The notes under the pieces are model-generated. The model was given only the letters and a program-made list of their open reading frames with translations, searched no databases and was not told the DNA's origin. Below, one piece after another: positions 25,566 to 34,997 of a DNA stretch of 58,287 nucleotides (the stretch's first letter is position 1; each line of letters opens with the position of its first letter). This DNA comes from an uncultured Candidatus Hydrogenedens sp. (GTDB taxonomy: Bacteria; Myxococcota; UBA4151), in contig CACGMS010000003.1 in the NCBI GenBank assembly GCA_902574205.1, positions 1 to 58,287 of the forward strand, read 5' to 3'. The translations under genes and the position numbers were made by a program.

Positions 25566-28265
25566 ATGGAGCGAAGCATCGAGACCAAGGCAACCGAAAC
25601 TCAATCAATAAATGAGTGGACTATTCAGCGATTTTTTACCCAGGCTGGTGAATCAGTTTGGGATACTGTGACCTGGGTTCGTCGAGAGGCGAAAGTCACA
25701 GGCATGAATGGCGAAACGATCTTTTGTCAAAAGGATGTCGAGTTCCCTGAGTGTTGGTCTCAAACTGCGGTCAACGTCGTCACAAACAAATATTTCCGAG
25801 GGGCACTTGGTAGTCCTGAGCGTGAATATTCGGTCAAACAGTTGATTGGTCGTGTTGCGAATACGGCTGCTGATTGGGGCATCAAAGCGGGTTACTTCAA
25901 GACCGCTGAAGAAGGTGAGATTTTTCGCGACGAACTTACATGGATTTTGTTGCACCAGCACGCAGCGTTCAACAGCCCGGTCTGGTTCAATATGGGTGTC
26001 GAAGAAAAACCTCAGGTGAGCGCCTGTTTTATCAACGAGGTCAAAGATACCATGGGTGACATCATGGACCTGGCGAAGACCGAAGCGATGTTGTTCAAAT
26101 ATGGTTCTGGAGCGGGTTGTAATCTGAGTACGATTCGCTCATCTCGTGAGTTTCTCAAAGGTGGAGGTGAAGCGAGTGGACCGGTCAGCTTCATGCGAGG
26201 CTATGATGCCTTCGCTGGTGTGATCAAAAGTGGCGGAAAAACTCGACGAGCGGCTAAGATGGTTATGCTCGATGCCGACCATCCTGACATCATGGAATTT
26301 ATTCGCTGCAAAAAGGAAGAGGAGCAGAAAGCTTGGGCGCTTATCGATGCGGGCTATGATGGCGGCTTTAACGTCCCCGGTGGTGCCTACGATTCGGTGT
26401 TCTTTCAAAATGCGAATCATTCGGTGCGTGTTTCGGATGAGTTCATGCAAGCGGTTGTCGATGATACGACCTACAGCACCAAAGCGGTGGGCGATGGTTC
26501 ATCGGTTGAGGAACTAAAGGCTCGCGAAACGTTGATGGAAATTGCAGAAGGTACGCACGTTTGCGGTGACCCTGGTGTTCAGTACGATTCGACGATCAAT
26601 GATTGGCATACGTGTTCGAATACAGATCGTATTTATGGATCCAACCCGTGCTCGGAATACATGTTCTTGAACTCGACCGCGTGTAACTTGGCGAGTTTGA
26701 ACTTGATGAAGTTTCGTCAGGCCGATGGTCGCTTTGATATCGATGCCTTTGAGCACGCCGCAGAGCTCGTCTTTATGGCTCAAGAGGTCTTTGTTGATGA
26801 GGCGAGTTATCCCACGCCTTTGATTGGCGAAAATAGTCGTAAGTATCGTCCAATTGGTTTGGGTTACGCGAATCTTGGTGCTCTTTTGATGAGTAAGGGA
26901 ATGGCTTACGATTCGGATCAAGGTCGTGCGTATGCTGGCGGGATCACTGCGCTGATGTGTGGAGCTGCCTACCGGACCTCTGCGCGGCTTGCGGAGCGTA
27001 TGGGCGCCTTTGAAGCGTTTGATTACAACGCCGAGCCGACCATGGATGTGATGCGCAAACATCGCGCTGCCGTTGATGGTATCGACTTGGCTTATGCCCC
27101 TGCTGATTTGGTTGCTGCGGCGAAAGTGGCTTGGGACGAAGTCATCGATAAAGGCGAGAAAACCGGGTTGCGTAATGCTCAAGCTACGGTACTCGCACCG
27201 ACTGGAACCATCGCCTTCATGATGGATTGCGATACGACCGGTGTTGAGCCGGATATCGCCCTGGTTAAATACAAGAAGCTCGTCGGTGGTGGCTTGATGA
27301 AACTGGTCAACGGTACGGTTCAGATGGCGCTTGAGGAACTCGGTTACAGCTCAGATGCTATCGGGAGGATCAATGCACATATCGATGCGATGGACACGAT
27401 TGAAGGTGCCAAAGATCTTAAAGATGAGCATTTGAGCATCTTCGATTGTGCCTTCAAGGCAGCCAATGGTGAGCGAAGTATTCGTCCTGAAGGTCATCTG
27501 CGTATGATGGGGGCTGCTCAGCCCTTCTTGTCAGGAGCAATTTCAAAGACGGTCAATATGCCAGAGGATTGTACGGTCGAAGAGATCTTTGATGCCTACG
27601 TTGAGGCTTGGCGCCTCGGGATTAAGGCCGTTGCCATCTATCGTGATAATTCCAAACGGACACAACCTTTGAATACGAGTGCTCAGAATGATGACGAGCC
27701 AGCGAAAGAAGAGATTCGACAAGTCACCAAACCGCAGCGACGGCGCTTGCCCGATACACGCAGCTCGATCACGCACAAGTTTAGTATCGGCGGTAACGAG
27801 GGCTACGTGACGGTCGGTTTATACGATGATGGCACGCCGGGCGAAGTCTTTACGGTGATGGCGAAGGAGGGATCGGTTGTCTCTGGTTTGATCGATGGAT
27901 TCTCGACGATGACGAGCTTAGCCTTGCAGTATGGGGTTCCGCTCGATGTGATGGTCCGTAAGTTTAGTCACACGCGATTCGAGCCCAGTGGCTTTACTGG
28001 GAATCGTGAGATACCGATGGCGAAATCGGTCCTCGATTACATGTTCCGTTGGCTCGATCGACAGTTCCATGCACCAGCACCTGTTGAGGGAAAGGCGGTT
28101 CAACCTGATCTTCCGGGTACGTCACCTGAGCCGATACACGTTAAACTCAAAGCTGCTGGTGAAGCAGCGACCGGTCCACTTTGCAGCAATGGCTGCGGAC
28201 CCACGGTGCCCAATGGGGGCTGCTACATCTGTCCAAGTTGTGGTGAAACGACCGGTTGCGGCTGA
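25566..28265 (+). CDS. nrdJ: Class II (adenosylcobalamin-dependent) ribonucleotide reductase with C-terminal TSCPD domain and Zn ribbon
   Basis: FNSPVWFN, SACFI, GGKTRRAAKM, SNPCSEY, CNLASLNL, APTGTI; C-terminal SITHKFSIGG..GY.TVG.Y.DG.PGEVF and CxxxC...CxxC. Confidence 0.96.
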   Translation: MERSIETKATETQSINEWTIQRFFTQAGESVWDTVTWVRREAKVTGMNGETIFCQKDVEFPECWSQTAVNVVTNKYFRGALGSPEREYSVKQLIGRVANTAADWGIKAGYFKTAEEGEIFRDELTWILLHQHAAFNSPVWFNMGVEEKPQVSACFINEVKDTMGDIMDLAKTEAMLFKYGSGAGCNLSTIRSSREFLKGGGEASGPVSFMRGYDAFAGVIKSGGKTRRAAKMVMLDADHPDIMEFIRCKKEEEQKAWALIDAGYDGGFNVPGGAYDSVFFQNANHSVRVSDEFMQAVVDDTTYSTKAVGDGSSVEELKARETLMEIAEGTHVCGDPGVQYDSTINDWHTCSNTDRIYGSNPCSEYMFLNSTACNLASLNLMKFRQADGRFDIDAFEHAAELVFMAQEVFVDEASYPTPLIGENSRKYRPIGLGYANLGALLMSKGMAYDSDQGRAYAGGITALMCGAAYRTSARLAERMGAFEAFDYNAEPTMDVMRKHRAAVDGIDLAYAPADLVAAAKVAWDEVIDKGEKTGLRNAQATVLAPTGTIAFMMDCDTTGVEPDIALVKYKKLVGGGLMKLVNGTVQMALEELGYSSDAIGRINAHIDAMDTIEGAKDLKDEHLSIFDCAFKAANGERSIRPEGHLRMMGAAQPFLSGAISKTVNMPEDCTVEEIFDAYVEAWRLGIKAVAIYRDNSKRTQPLNTSAQNDDEPAKEEIRQVTKPQRRRLPDTRSSITHKFSIGGNEGYVTVGLYDDGTPGEVFTVMAKEGSVVSGLIDGFSTMTSLALQYGVPLDVMVRKFSHTRFEPSGFTGNREIPMAKSVLDYMFRWLDRQFHAPAPVEGKAVQPDLPGTSPEPIHVKLKAAGEAATGPLCSNGCGPTVPNGGCYICPSCGETTGCG

Positions 28266-28271
28266 GTTCTA

Positions 28272-28706
28272 TTAGTCGAAATCGGACGGGCGTTTTCGCC
28301 CCTGTTTGGTGTGGGCGCGTTGGCGCTTGCCTTCAAGCCGGCGTTCTTTTGAGCGTCGGCTTGGTTTGGTTTTCAGGCGGGGCTTATCTCGCTTGAGAGC
28401 ATGGACAATCAGCGCAGTTAGTCGTTGCCGTGCTTCGGCTCGATTTCGGTGTTGACTACGATGGGTGTCGACATGGACTTGGATGCTACCGTCTTGAGTG
28501 AGACGATGACTCAAACGAGTGTTTATGCGAGCCTTAGCACTGGCACTGAGAACGGCGCTATTTTGTGGCTTCCAACTGAGTGTGACTCTTGAGTGTGTTT
28601 TGTTGGTGTGTTGCCCGCCAGGACCACCGCTCAGACTGGTTTGTTCAATAAGTTCGGCCTGCGGAATGAGCCCATGAATACCGAGATCAAGACCGTCGCG
28701 ACTCAT
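28272..28706 (-). CDS. arfB: Alternative ribosome-rescue peptidyl-tRNA hydrolase ArfB
   Basis: SGGPGGQHTNK (GGQ), RSQHRNR.EA..RL, basic tail TKPSRRSKERRLEGK. Confidence 0.93.
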   Translation of the reverse strand: MSRDGLDLGIHGLIPQAELIEQTSLSGGPGGQHTNKTHSRVTLSWKPQNSAVLSASAKARINTRLSHRLTQDGSIQVHVDTHRSQHRNRAEARQRLTALIVHALKRDKPRLKTKPSRRSKERRLEGKRQRAHTKQGRKRPSDFD

Positions 28707-28708
28707 CC

Positions 28709-29266
28709 TTAGTAGGCTATAAATTCGGCAAAGACCACGGCGAGTGGTCCAAGGGCAGTTCCAAGCAAAATACCGAGCAGTACATCAAATGGGAAGTGTA
28801 CCCCAAGGTAGATACGACTCAGCGCAATAGCCAGCCCAAGACAATACAACGGCAAGGCGACGTTGGGATACAATACAGCAACTGCGGTCACGATCGTCAT
28901 TGCTTGTGTGCTGTGACCCGATGGGAAAGAATTTCCAAAAGGTTCATCGATGAGCCGTCTATCCAAGCCCGCTTCGAACGGGCGCGGGCGCTGAACAGCG
29001 AATTTGAGCAAGTTGGTTGAGGTCACTGATAAGAGACCACCGAGGACCATGATCCAGGCGAGTTCCTGGCCGGCAGGCCCTGAAAAAGCGCAGACCATTC
29101 CGAGCACGACCCATGCGCGTGTATCCCCCAAACCCGTGATCCATTCGACCAGGTTGGTCAGGCGTTCTGGTCGGAAGGTCGTGCAGGCACGAAATAGCGC
29201 ACGATCTAGACGGATCAGTTGACCCAGTAGATCATCGCGCTGGTGTGGAGGAACCGGCTCAGTCAT
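28709..29266 (-). CDS. PAP2-family phosphatase
   Basis: K..VQRPRP, SFPSGHS, SRIYLGVHFPFDV. Confidence 0.92.
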   Translation of the reverse strand: MTEPVPPHQRDDLLGQLIRLDRALFRACTTFRPERLTNLVEWITGLGDTRAWVVLGMVCAFSGPAGQELAWIMVLGGLLSVTSTNLLKFAVQRPRPFEAGLDRRLIDEPFGNSFPSGHSTQAMTIVTAVAVLYPNVALPLYCLGLAIALSRIYLGVHFPFDVLLGILLGTALGPLAVVFAEFIAY

Positions 29267-29272
29267 TGCTCA

Positions 29273-30031
29273 TTAAATGTTCATTCCACCATCAAGTTCA
29301 AGACAGCGACCGGTGAAGAAATCGTTTTCGAAGATAAATTTCACAGCCGTGTACACTTCTTTAGGGTCGGCGAAACGTCCTAATGGGACCATTCGACTTA
29401 AGCCTGCTCTGGCTTTTTCAGGCATTTGCAACAGGATGGGTGTGTCAACAGGACCAGGAGCGATAGCGCCTGTACGAATGCCGTATCGGCTCAGCTCTTG
29501 GCTCCATAATTTCGTCATGGCGACCAAGCCCGCCTTTGCAGCGCTGTAGTTCGTTTGCCCGACGTTACCTTTACGGCTGATTGAGCTAATGTTGATCATG
29601 CATGCTGGCCCGACTTCGTGACGCGCCGCCATGGTGGCAAACTCACGAGCACACAGAAAGGGACCGGTGAGATTGACGTCAATGACTTGTTGCCACTTTT
29701 TCATGCTCAAATTACTGATCTCGCCGGTATCTCGGTCCTTTTTGATCAGTAAACCGTCACGAATGATTCCTGCATTGTTGATCAGTCCGTTGACTGAACC
29801 CATATGCTTGTAGGCCACCTCAAATAGGCTGGCAACGCTTGCCTCGTCGGCAACATTGCATTCGACTCCAAAGACCGCTCCATCGGATGCCTTAGTGATT
29901 TCAGTGAGTGCGTCCGTATTGACGTCAGCGGCAACGACCTGAGCCCCGGCTGCGGCTAATTCGAGGGAAAAGGTTCGACCCATACCGGATGCTCCTCCGG
30001 TGACGATGACTTTAAGTTCTTCGATGCGCAT
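29273..30031 (-). CDS. Short-chain dehydrogenase/reductase (FabG-like)
   Basis: TGGASGMG, NNAGI, YSAAK; AGGAG RBS before ATG30031. Confidence 0.92.
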   Translation of the reverse strand: MRIEELKVIVTGGASGMGRTFSLELAAAGAQVVAADVNTDALTEITKASDGAVFGVECNVADEASVASLFEVAYKHMGSVNGLINNAGIIRDGLLIKKDRDTGEISNLSMKKWQQVIDVNLTGPFLCAREFATMAARHEVGPACMINISSISRKGNVGQTNYSAAKAGLVAMTKLWSQELSRYGIRTGAIAPGPVDTPILLQMPEKARAGLSRMVPLGRFADPKEVYTAVKFIFENDFFTGRCLELDGGMNI

Positions 30032-30201
30032 GGCAACTCCTTCTTGATGGTGGTGCAAGGGCGCTACCGCAAAGCATCGTTTCTGCCCATATGGATTTAA
30101 AAATCATTGGTTTGAAAGGTGGTGATTTCGTTGTGGGCTCGACGAAAAGAATTGGTAATACAAGAGGTTATGGTGTTGGTGTTTGGCCTTTTATCTAAAG
30201 G

Positions 30202-30228
30202 TGAACTCTGATAAACTTCGGCCGATAA
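30202..30228 (+). promoter_or_regulatory. Sigma28 (FliA/SigD)-type promoter of the flagellin gene
   Basis: TGAA-N15-GCCGATAA against consensus TAAA-N15-GCCGATAA; perfect -10 ends 45 nt before the flagellin ATG. Confidence 0.75.
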
Positions 30229-30230
30229 CG

Positions 30231-30266
30231 GTTGCATGGACGCAACTGTAGAAACGACCGCAAGGA
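30231..30266 (+). promoter_or_regulatory. Two CsrA/RsmA-type ANGGA sites in the flagellin leader
   Basis: GTTGC-ATGGAC-GCAAC (ANGGA in a hexaloop on a 5-bp stem) and AAGGA overlapping the Shine-Dalgarno, 26 nt apart. Confidence 0.5.
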
Positions 30267-30273
30267 AGATGGC

Positions 30274-31080
30274 ATGAAGATTCAGTCCCCCGCTTCAGCC
30301 CTAAGCTCAAAGCAAGTTGCTCAAACTCAAGAGCGCATGAACCAACTGTTTGATAAAATCAGTTCTGGTGCACGGATCACCAAGGCTGCAGATGATGCGG
30401 CTTCGCTCGCAATTTCGTCGGCGATGGAGAGTCAGATTTCGGCGCTGCGTGTCACGCGCCAGAACGCGAATGAGGCCGATAGTTTGCTTCAAGTAGCTGA
30501 CGTCGGTGCCGAGCAAGCGAGTGAAATTCTTGGGCGAATGCGAGAGCTCGCTGTTCAGGCGTCCACGTCGACACGATCCGACGCTGAGCGCGCCGCAGCT
30601 CAAATTGAGTTTGGCAGCTTACAAAGCCAACTCAATGATGTGGCGACGAACACGGAGTTCAACGAGCGGTCGGTGCTCGATGGTGCTCAAACCTTTCAGT
30701 TTCAGGTCAGCACCGACGGCACGCCCGTTGAGGTGACGACTACCGAAGGCGTGAGCGCATCGGATTTGGGCATCGAGGGGAGCAGTGTAGCGTCGCAGGC
30801 CGGTGCTCAGGCAGCTTTGGCAGCCATTGACGAAGCCGTTACGAAAGTCACCGAAACACGCAGCCGCTTGGGTGCAGGCTCAGCGCAGTTACGATCAGTA
30901 AGTTCATCAATCGAATCTGCCGTAGAGAATACAGTGGCTGCGAACAGTCAGATGCGCGACCTCGATATGGCGGAGGCGATATCTGCTCAGGCTCGCGAGT
31001 CGATCCTGCAGCAAAGCAGCGTCGCTATTTTGATTCAGGCAAACGCTCAGCCGCAGGCAGCATTAAGTCTGATTGGTTAG
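30274..31080 (+). CDS. fliC: Minimal flagellin (D0/D1 only, 268 aa)
   Basis: ISSG.RI.KAADDAASLAIS, LGRMRELAVQAS, NTEFN...VLDG, RS.LGA, RDLDMAE, ILQQS...IL.QANAQPQAALSLIG. Confidence 0.93.
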   Translation: MKIQSPASALSSKQVAQTQERMNQLFDKISSGARITKAADDAASLAISSAMESQISALRVTRQNANEADSLLQVADVGAEQASEILGRMRELAVQASTSTRSDAERAAAQIEFGSLQSQLNDVATNTEFNERSVLDGAQTFQFQVSTDGTPVEVTTTEGVSASDLGIEGSSVASQAGAQAALAAIDEAVTKVTETRSRLGAGSAQLRSVSSSIESAVENTVAANSQMRDLDMAEAISAQARESILQQSSVAILIQANAQPQAALSLIG

Positions 31081-31108
31081 CTCGACACAGCAGCAGTTTA
31101 GTGGTGTT

Positions 31109-31142
31109 GCGGCGAGCCATGGGCTCGTCGCCTCACTTTTTT
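31109..31142 (+). terminator. Intrinsic terminator after flagellin
   Basis: GCGGCGAGCC-ATG-GGCTCGTCGC (10-bp stem, one G-U) followed by CTCAC and T6. Confidence 0.7.
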
Positions 31143-31193
31143 ATCATCTTCCGTGATGTTTGTGCGTAAAGAGCATCTCGCCGGAGGACGACG

Positions 31194-33830
31194 ATGAAGA
31201 CCATGGGCGCCGATGAACTGCGTAAAGCCTTTTTGGATTTCTTTGCGAACCAACAACACAAAATTCAGCGCTCGGCACCGTTGGTGCCGCAAGGTGATGC
31301 CACTTTATTGTTCGTCAATGCGGGCATGGTTCCATTCAAAGAGATTTTCACAGGGCGCCAGAAGCGACCGTCTGCCCGGGCGACGTCTTCGCAAAAGTGC
31401 GTTCGAGCTGGCGGCAAGCATAATGACCTTGAAAATGTTGGCGTGACCGCAAGGCATCACACCTTCTTTGAAATGCTCGGGAACTTTAGTTTTGGTGATT
31501 ATTTCAAGTCAGAGGCTTGCGCTTGGGCGTGGGAGTTTTTGACTCAAGAATTGGGGTTACCGCAGGATCGGTTGTGGATCACCATTCATGACAGCGACGA
31601 TGAAGCGCATGAGATCTGGTCCAAAGAGATCGGTGTTCCCGAGGAACGTATTTTTCGCTGCGGCGACGAAGATAATTTTTGGGCGATGGGCGATACAGGG
31701 CCATGCGGACCGTGCACCGAGATTCATTGGGATCGACGTCCGGATGAAGGGGGTGACCCGCTCGCTGATGACACGCGTCTGCTCGAGTTATGGAATCTGG
31801 TGTTCATGCAGTTCGAGCGCAGCGCCGATGGGCAACTCACAGAGCTTGCAGCTAAGAGCATCGATACGGGTATGGGGTTGGAGCGAATCGCTGCGGTCCT
31901 GGTCGGTGAAGAGAGTAACTACCACACGGATGTGTTCCTGCCGATCATTGAGGGAACCGCTGCTGACGCAGGCGTCACATACGGTCGAGCTGATTCGCCG
32001 ACCGATATTGCGTTGCGCGTGGTGGCTGATCATGCTCGCGCAACGACGTTTTTGGTCGCTGACGGCGTTCTGCCGTCGAACATCGGGCGTGGATATGTCT
32101 TGAGGCGAATTATGCGCCGCGCCATTCGCCAGGGTCGAACGCTTGGGTTTGATACCAATTTCTTCGCTGCCGCTTGCCAGCGCGTGATCGAGCGCATGGT
32201 CGGTGCATACCCGGACCTGAAGGACGCCAAAGAGTTGATTCTTAAAGTCGCTGACAACGAGGAGACAGCATTTCGCCGAACGCTCGATCGAGGTTTGGGT
32301 TTGTTGAATGAATCGCTTGGCGCGCTGAAGGCCGGGGATTCACTGCCCGGTGATACGGCTTTTATGCTGTATGATACCTTTGGTTTTCCAATTGATCTGA
32401 CCCGTTTGATCGTCAGTGAGCAGGGTTTTGTTGTTGATGAACCCGGCTTTGAATCGGCTATGGCAGCGCAACGTGAGCGCAGTCGCGGCGATTTAGGTGT
32501 GGCGGGTACGGACGCGATTTACCACCGTTTAGCTGGTGAGTTAGGACCGACCAACTTTGTGGGTTACCCGACGGCCGAGGGGCCGGGCTTGGAGGCGGTG
32601 AGTGAAGTCGTTGCATTGGTTGTTGATGGCGCCGATGCTGGGCGTTTAGCGACGGGTGCTCATGGCGTAGCTTTACTCAAAGATACCCCCTTTTACGGCG
32701 AGAGTGGTGGTCAGATCGGCGATGCGGGCACGCTATCTTGGGATGGTGGTTGTGCAACGGTTCATCACACTGGCAAAAATGAAGGTCTTCATACGCTTGA
32801 GATTAAGGTGATTGAGGGCGCGCTCACTGTTGGGCAGCGCGTGGAACAACGCGTGGACGGCGACCGCCGTCGGTCGATTCGGTCGCATCACAGCGCAACG
32901 CATCTGCTGCACTCTGCTCTGCAGGAAGTCCTCGGTGAGCATTGTAAGCAGGCAGGGTCAGCGGTTCATCCGGACCGCCTGCGTTTTGATTTTACGCATT
33001 TCTCTGCCGTTACGCCCGATGAGATTTGTCAGATTGAAAGCCGCGTTAACGCGTGGATTTGTACAAACGCTGCGGTGGATACGGTCGTCATGGATCTCGA
33101 TAAGGCTAAAGAGGCTGGCGCGACCGCTATGTTTGGCGAAAAGTATGATGAACATGTGCGGACGGTTCGTATCGGACCGGAGAGTTTTGAACTGTGCGGT
33201 GGAACCCACGTGGATCGTGCAGGGGATATTGGATTCTTTCGCATCGTGACTGAGAGCGCGCTCGCCGCAGGTGTTCGGCGTATTGAAGCGGTAACGGGTT
33301 TATCGGCCTTAGCGACCGTTCATGCCGATCAAGAGCGAGCCGTGCAGACCGCTGCGTTACTGAAGACGACTCCTGCACAACTGGCTGAACGTATTCAGGG
33401 TATGCAAGCGCGACTCAAAGAGACAGAGGCTGAACTCACTGAACTGCGTCGCCAGATGGCAGCGTCTCAAAGTACCGGTTTGCTGGATCAGATTGCAGAG
33501 GTTGAGGGCTTCAAAACCTTGAGCGTTGTGGTTCCTGATGCCAAACCGAGCGATCTCAAGGAGCTCGCCGAAAATCTTCGCGATCAAATTGGTGATGGTG
33601 TGATCGTCCTAGGTAGCGCACATGGCCCCAAGGCCTTTCTGCAGGTCGTGGTCAGCGGCGCTGCAGGGAAGCATCTCCATGCCGGGCAATTGGTCAAGAA
33701 GTTAGCTAGTCATATTCGTGGAGGAGGCGGAGGACGCCCTGATATAGCTCAAGCCGGTGGAGGTCATCCGGACGGTTTACCTGGAGCCATCGACGCCGTT
33801 GCCGACGCCTTGCGAGAGCAGTTGAGCTAG
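31194..33830 (+). CDS. alaS: Alanine--tRNA ligase
   Basis: LLFVNAGM..FK, HHTFFEMLGNFSFGDYFK, IDTGMGLER, editing HSATHLLH and ELCGGTH, GGGGGRPDIAQAGG; GGAGG RBS. Confidence 0.99.
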   Translation: MKTMGADELRKAFLDFFANQQHKIQRSAPLVPQGDATLLFVNAGMVPFKEIFTGRQKRPSARATSSQKCVRAGGKHNDLENVGVTARHHTFFEMLGNFSFGDYFKSEACAWAWEFLTQELGLPQDRLWITIHDSDDEAHEIWSKEIGVPEERIFRCGDEDNFWAMGDTGPCGPCTEIHWDRRPDEGGDPLADDTRLLELWNLVFMQFERSADGQLTELAAKSIDTGMGLERIAAVLVGEESNYHTDVFLPIIEGTAADAGVTYGRADSPTDIALRVVADHARATTFLVADGVLPSNIGRGYVLRRIMRRAIRQGRTLGFDTNFFAAACQRVIERMVGAYPDLKDAKELILKVADNEETAFRRTLDRGLGLLNESLGALKAGDSLPGDTAFMLYDTFGFPIDLTRLIVSEQGFVVDEPGFESAMAAQRERSRGDLGVAGTDAIYHRLAGELGPTNFVGYPTAEGPGLEAVSEVVALVVDGADAGRLATGAHGVALLKDTPFYGESGGQIGDAGTLSWDGGCATVHHTGKNEGLHTLEIKVIEGALTVGQRVEQRVDGDRRRSIRSHHSATHLLHSALQEVLGEHCKQAGSAVHPDRLRFDFTHFSAVTPDEICQIESRVNAWICTNAAVDTVVMDLDKAKEAGATAMFGEKYDEHVRTVRIGPESFELCGGTHVDRAGDIGFFRIVTESALAAGVRRIEAVTGLSALATVHADQERAVQTAALLKTTPAQLAERIQGMQARLKETEAELTELRRQMAASQSTGLLDQIAEVEGFKTLSVVVPDAKPSDLKELAENLRDQIGDGVIVLGSAHGPKAFLQVVVSGAAGKHLHAGQLVKKLASHIRGGGGGRPDIAQAGGGHPDGLPGAIDAVADALREQLS

Positions 33831-33925
33831 GCCCGAGTATACGAAAACGTAGGCTGCCATCTTGTCAAAGCAGTTATCGGCGGCCAGGATCGCCGCACGC
33901 AGCCCTTCTGGCTCGGTGGTGGTGT

Positions 33926-34396
33926 GTGAAGAAGACGGTCAGTTTGACCCTAATGCTCTTTGCTCTCTGGCTTCTCTGGTCAGGTATCTACACCTTTATG
34001 ATCACGAGTTTCGGTGTCGCTTCGGTGATTCTTTGCGTTTGGCTCGCTCACCGCATGAACATCGTTGATAGCGAGGGGCACCCGGCTCATTTGGCGCTCG
34101 CTCACATCACCTATGGCCCATGGTTGTTGTGGCAGATCGTGCTCGCCAACATCGATGTAAGTAAGCGCGTGCTTTCTGGAAACATCAACCCATGCTGGGT
34201 TCGGATCAAAGCGCCGCAAAAGACACCTTTAGGGCGAGTGATCTACGCCAATTCGATTACGCTGACTCCGGGGACGACGACGGTTCAACTAAGTGGCGAC
34301 GAGTTGCTGGTTCACACGATCCATCGCGAAGTCGGTGAGGACCTGGCTCGTGGTGCGATGGCGAGCCGGGTGTCCAAGCTGGAGGGGCAGGACTGA
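33926..34396 (+). CDS. mrpE: Mrp/Mnh Na+/H+ antiporter subunit E
   Basis: YANSITLTPGT, LLVH. Confidence 0.9.
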   Translation: MKKTVSLTLMLFALWLLWSGIYTFMITSFGVASVILCVWLAHRMNIVDSEGHPAHLALAHITYGPWLLWQIVLANIDVSKRVLSGNINPCWVRIKAPQKTPLGRVIYANSITLTPGTTTVQLSGDELLVHTIHREVGEDLARGAMASRVSKLEGQD

Positions 34397-34674
34397 TGTT
34401 CGTTGTCGCCTCCATCGGGATTTTGGTGTGCATGAGTTTGGCTCTTGTGCGCGCCGCCAAAGGTCCAACTGTTTTTGATCGCATTCTTGCCGTCAACAAC
34501 ATGGGGACCAAGACGGTGCTGTTGATTGCGGTGCTGGGTTACTTAACTGGGCGCCCTGACTTTCTCGATCTTGCGATGATTTATGTCCTGATCAATTTCA
34601 TCGGTACCTTCGCCATCCTTAAGTTCGTGAAGTATGGTGATCTGGCACAAGCCGCCCCGCCGGAGGGCGAATAA
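34396..34674 (+). CDS. mrpF: Mrp/Mnh subunit F
   Basis: GPTVFDRILA, LINFIGT.A..KF. Confidence 0.9.
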   Translation: MFVVASIGILVCMSLALVRAAKGPTVFDRILAVNNMGTKTVLLIAVLGYLTGRPDFLDLAMIYVLINFIGTFAILKFVKYGDLAQAAPPEGE

Positions 34675-34997
34675 TGGGCGGTGTCGTCGATATTTTGAGT
34701 TGGATATGTATCGGCGGAGGTCTGTTTTTTAGTCTAATGGGTGGCATCGGTTTGCTGCGTTTTCCCGACTTTTACGCACGCTGTCACGCGGCGGGAATTA
34801 CGGATACCCTGGGCTCGATTCTAATTCTTTCAGGGTTAATGCTGCAAACGGGTATCGAGTTGAACTTGGCTCGTCTGATACTCATTCTTTTGTTTCTTTT
34901 GTTTACAAGCCCGGTTGCCGGTCACGCGATCGCCCGCGCCGCGCACCAGCATGGCTTAGAAGCTCAGGTTGATGGGGAGGACGTCACCGATGCCTGA
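34674..34997 (+). CDS. mrpG: Mrp/Mnh subunit G
   Basis: GLLRFPDFYAR.HAA...DTLG, TSPV.GHAIARAA. Confidence 0.9.
   Translation: MGGVVDILSWICIGGGLFFSLMGGIGLLRFPDFYARCHAAGITDTLGSILILSGLMLQTGIELNLARLILILLFLLFTSPVAGHAIARAAHQHGLEAQVDGEDVTDA

Noticed and set aside
26514-27182. 222-aa minus-strand ORF
   Set aside because: Antisense shadow of nrdJ; no motifs. The same applies to 2422..2940, 7108..7695, 31588..32103, 53720..54325 and most short track ORFs.
33874-33881. Antisense GCCGATAA in the alaS-mrpE gap (also sense at 42717, and CCCGATAA at 11570 minus)
   Set aside because: No TAAA-like -35 at 14-16 nt and no suitable downstream gene; the octamer occurs by chance, so only the flagellin copy is accepted.
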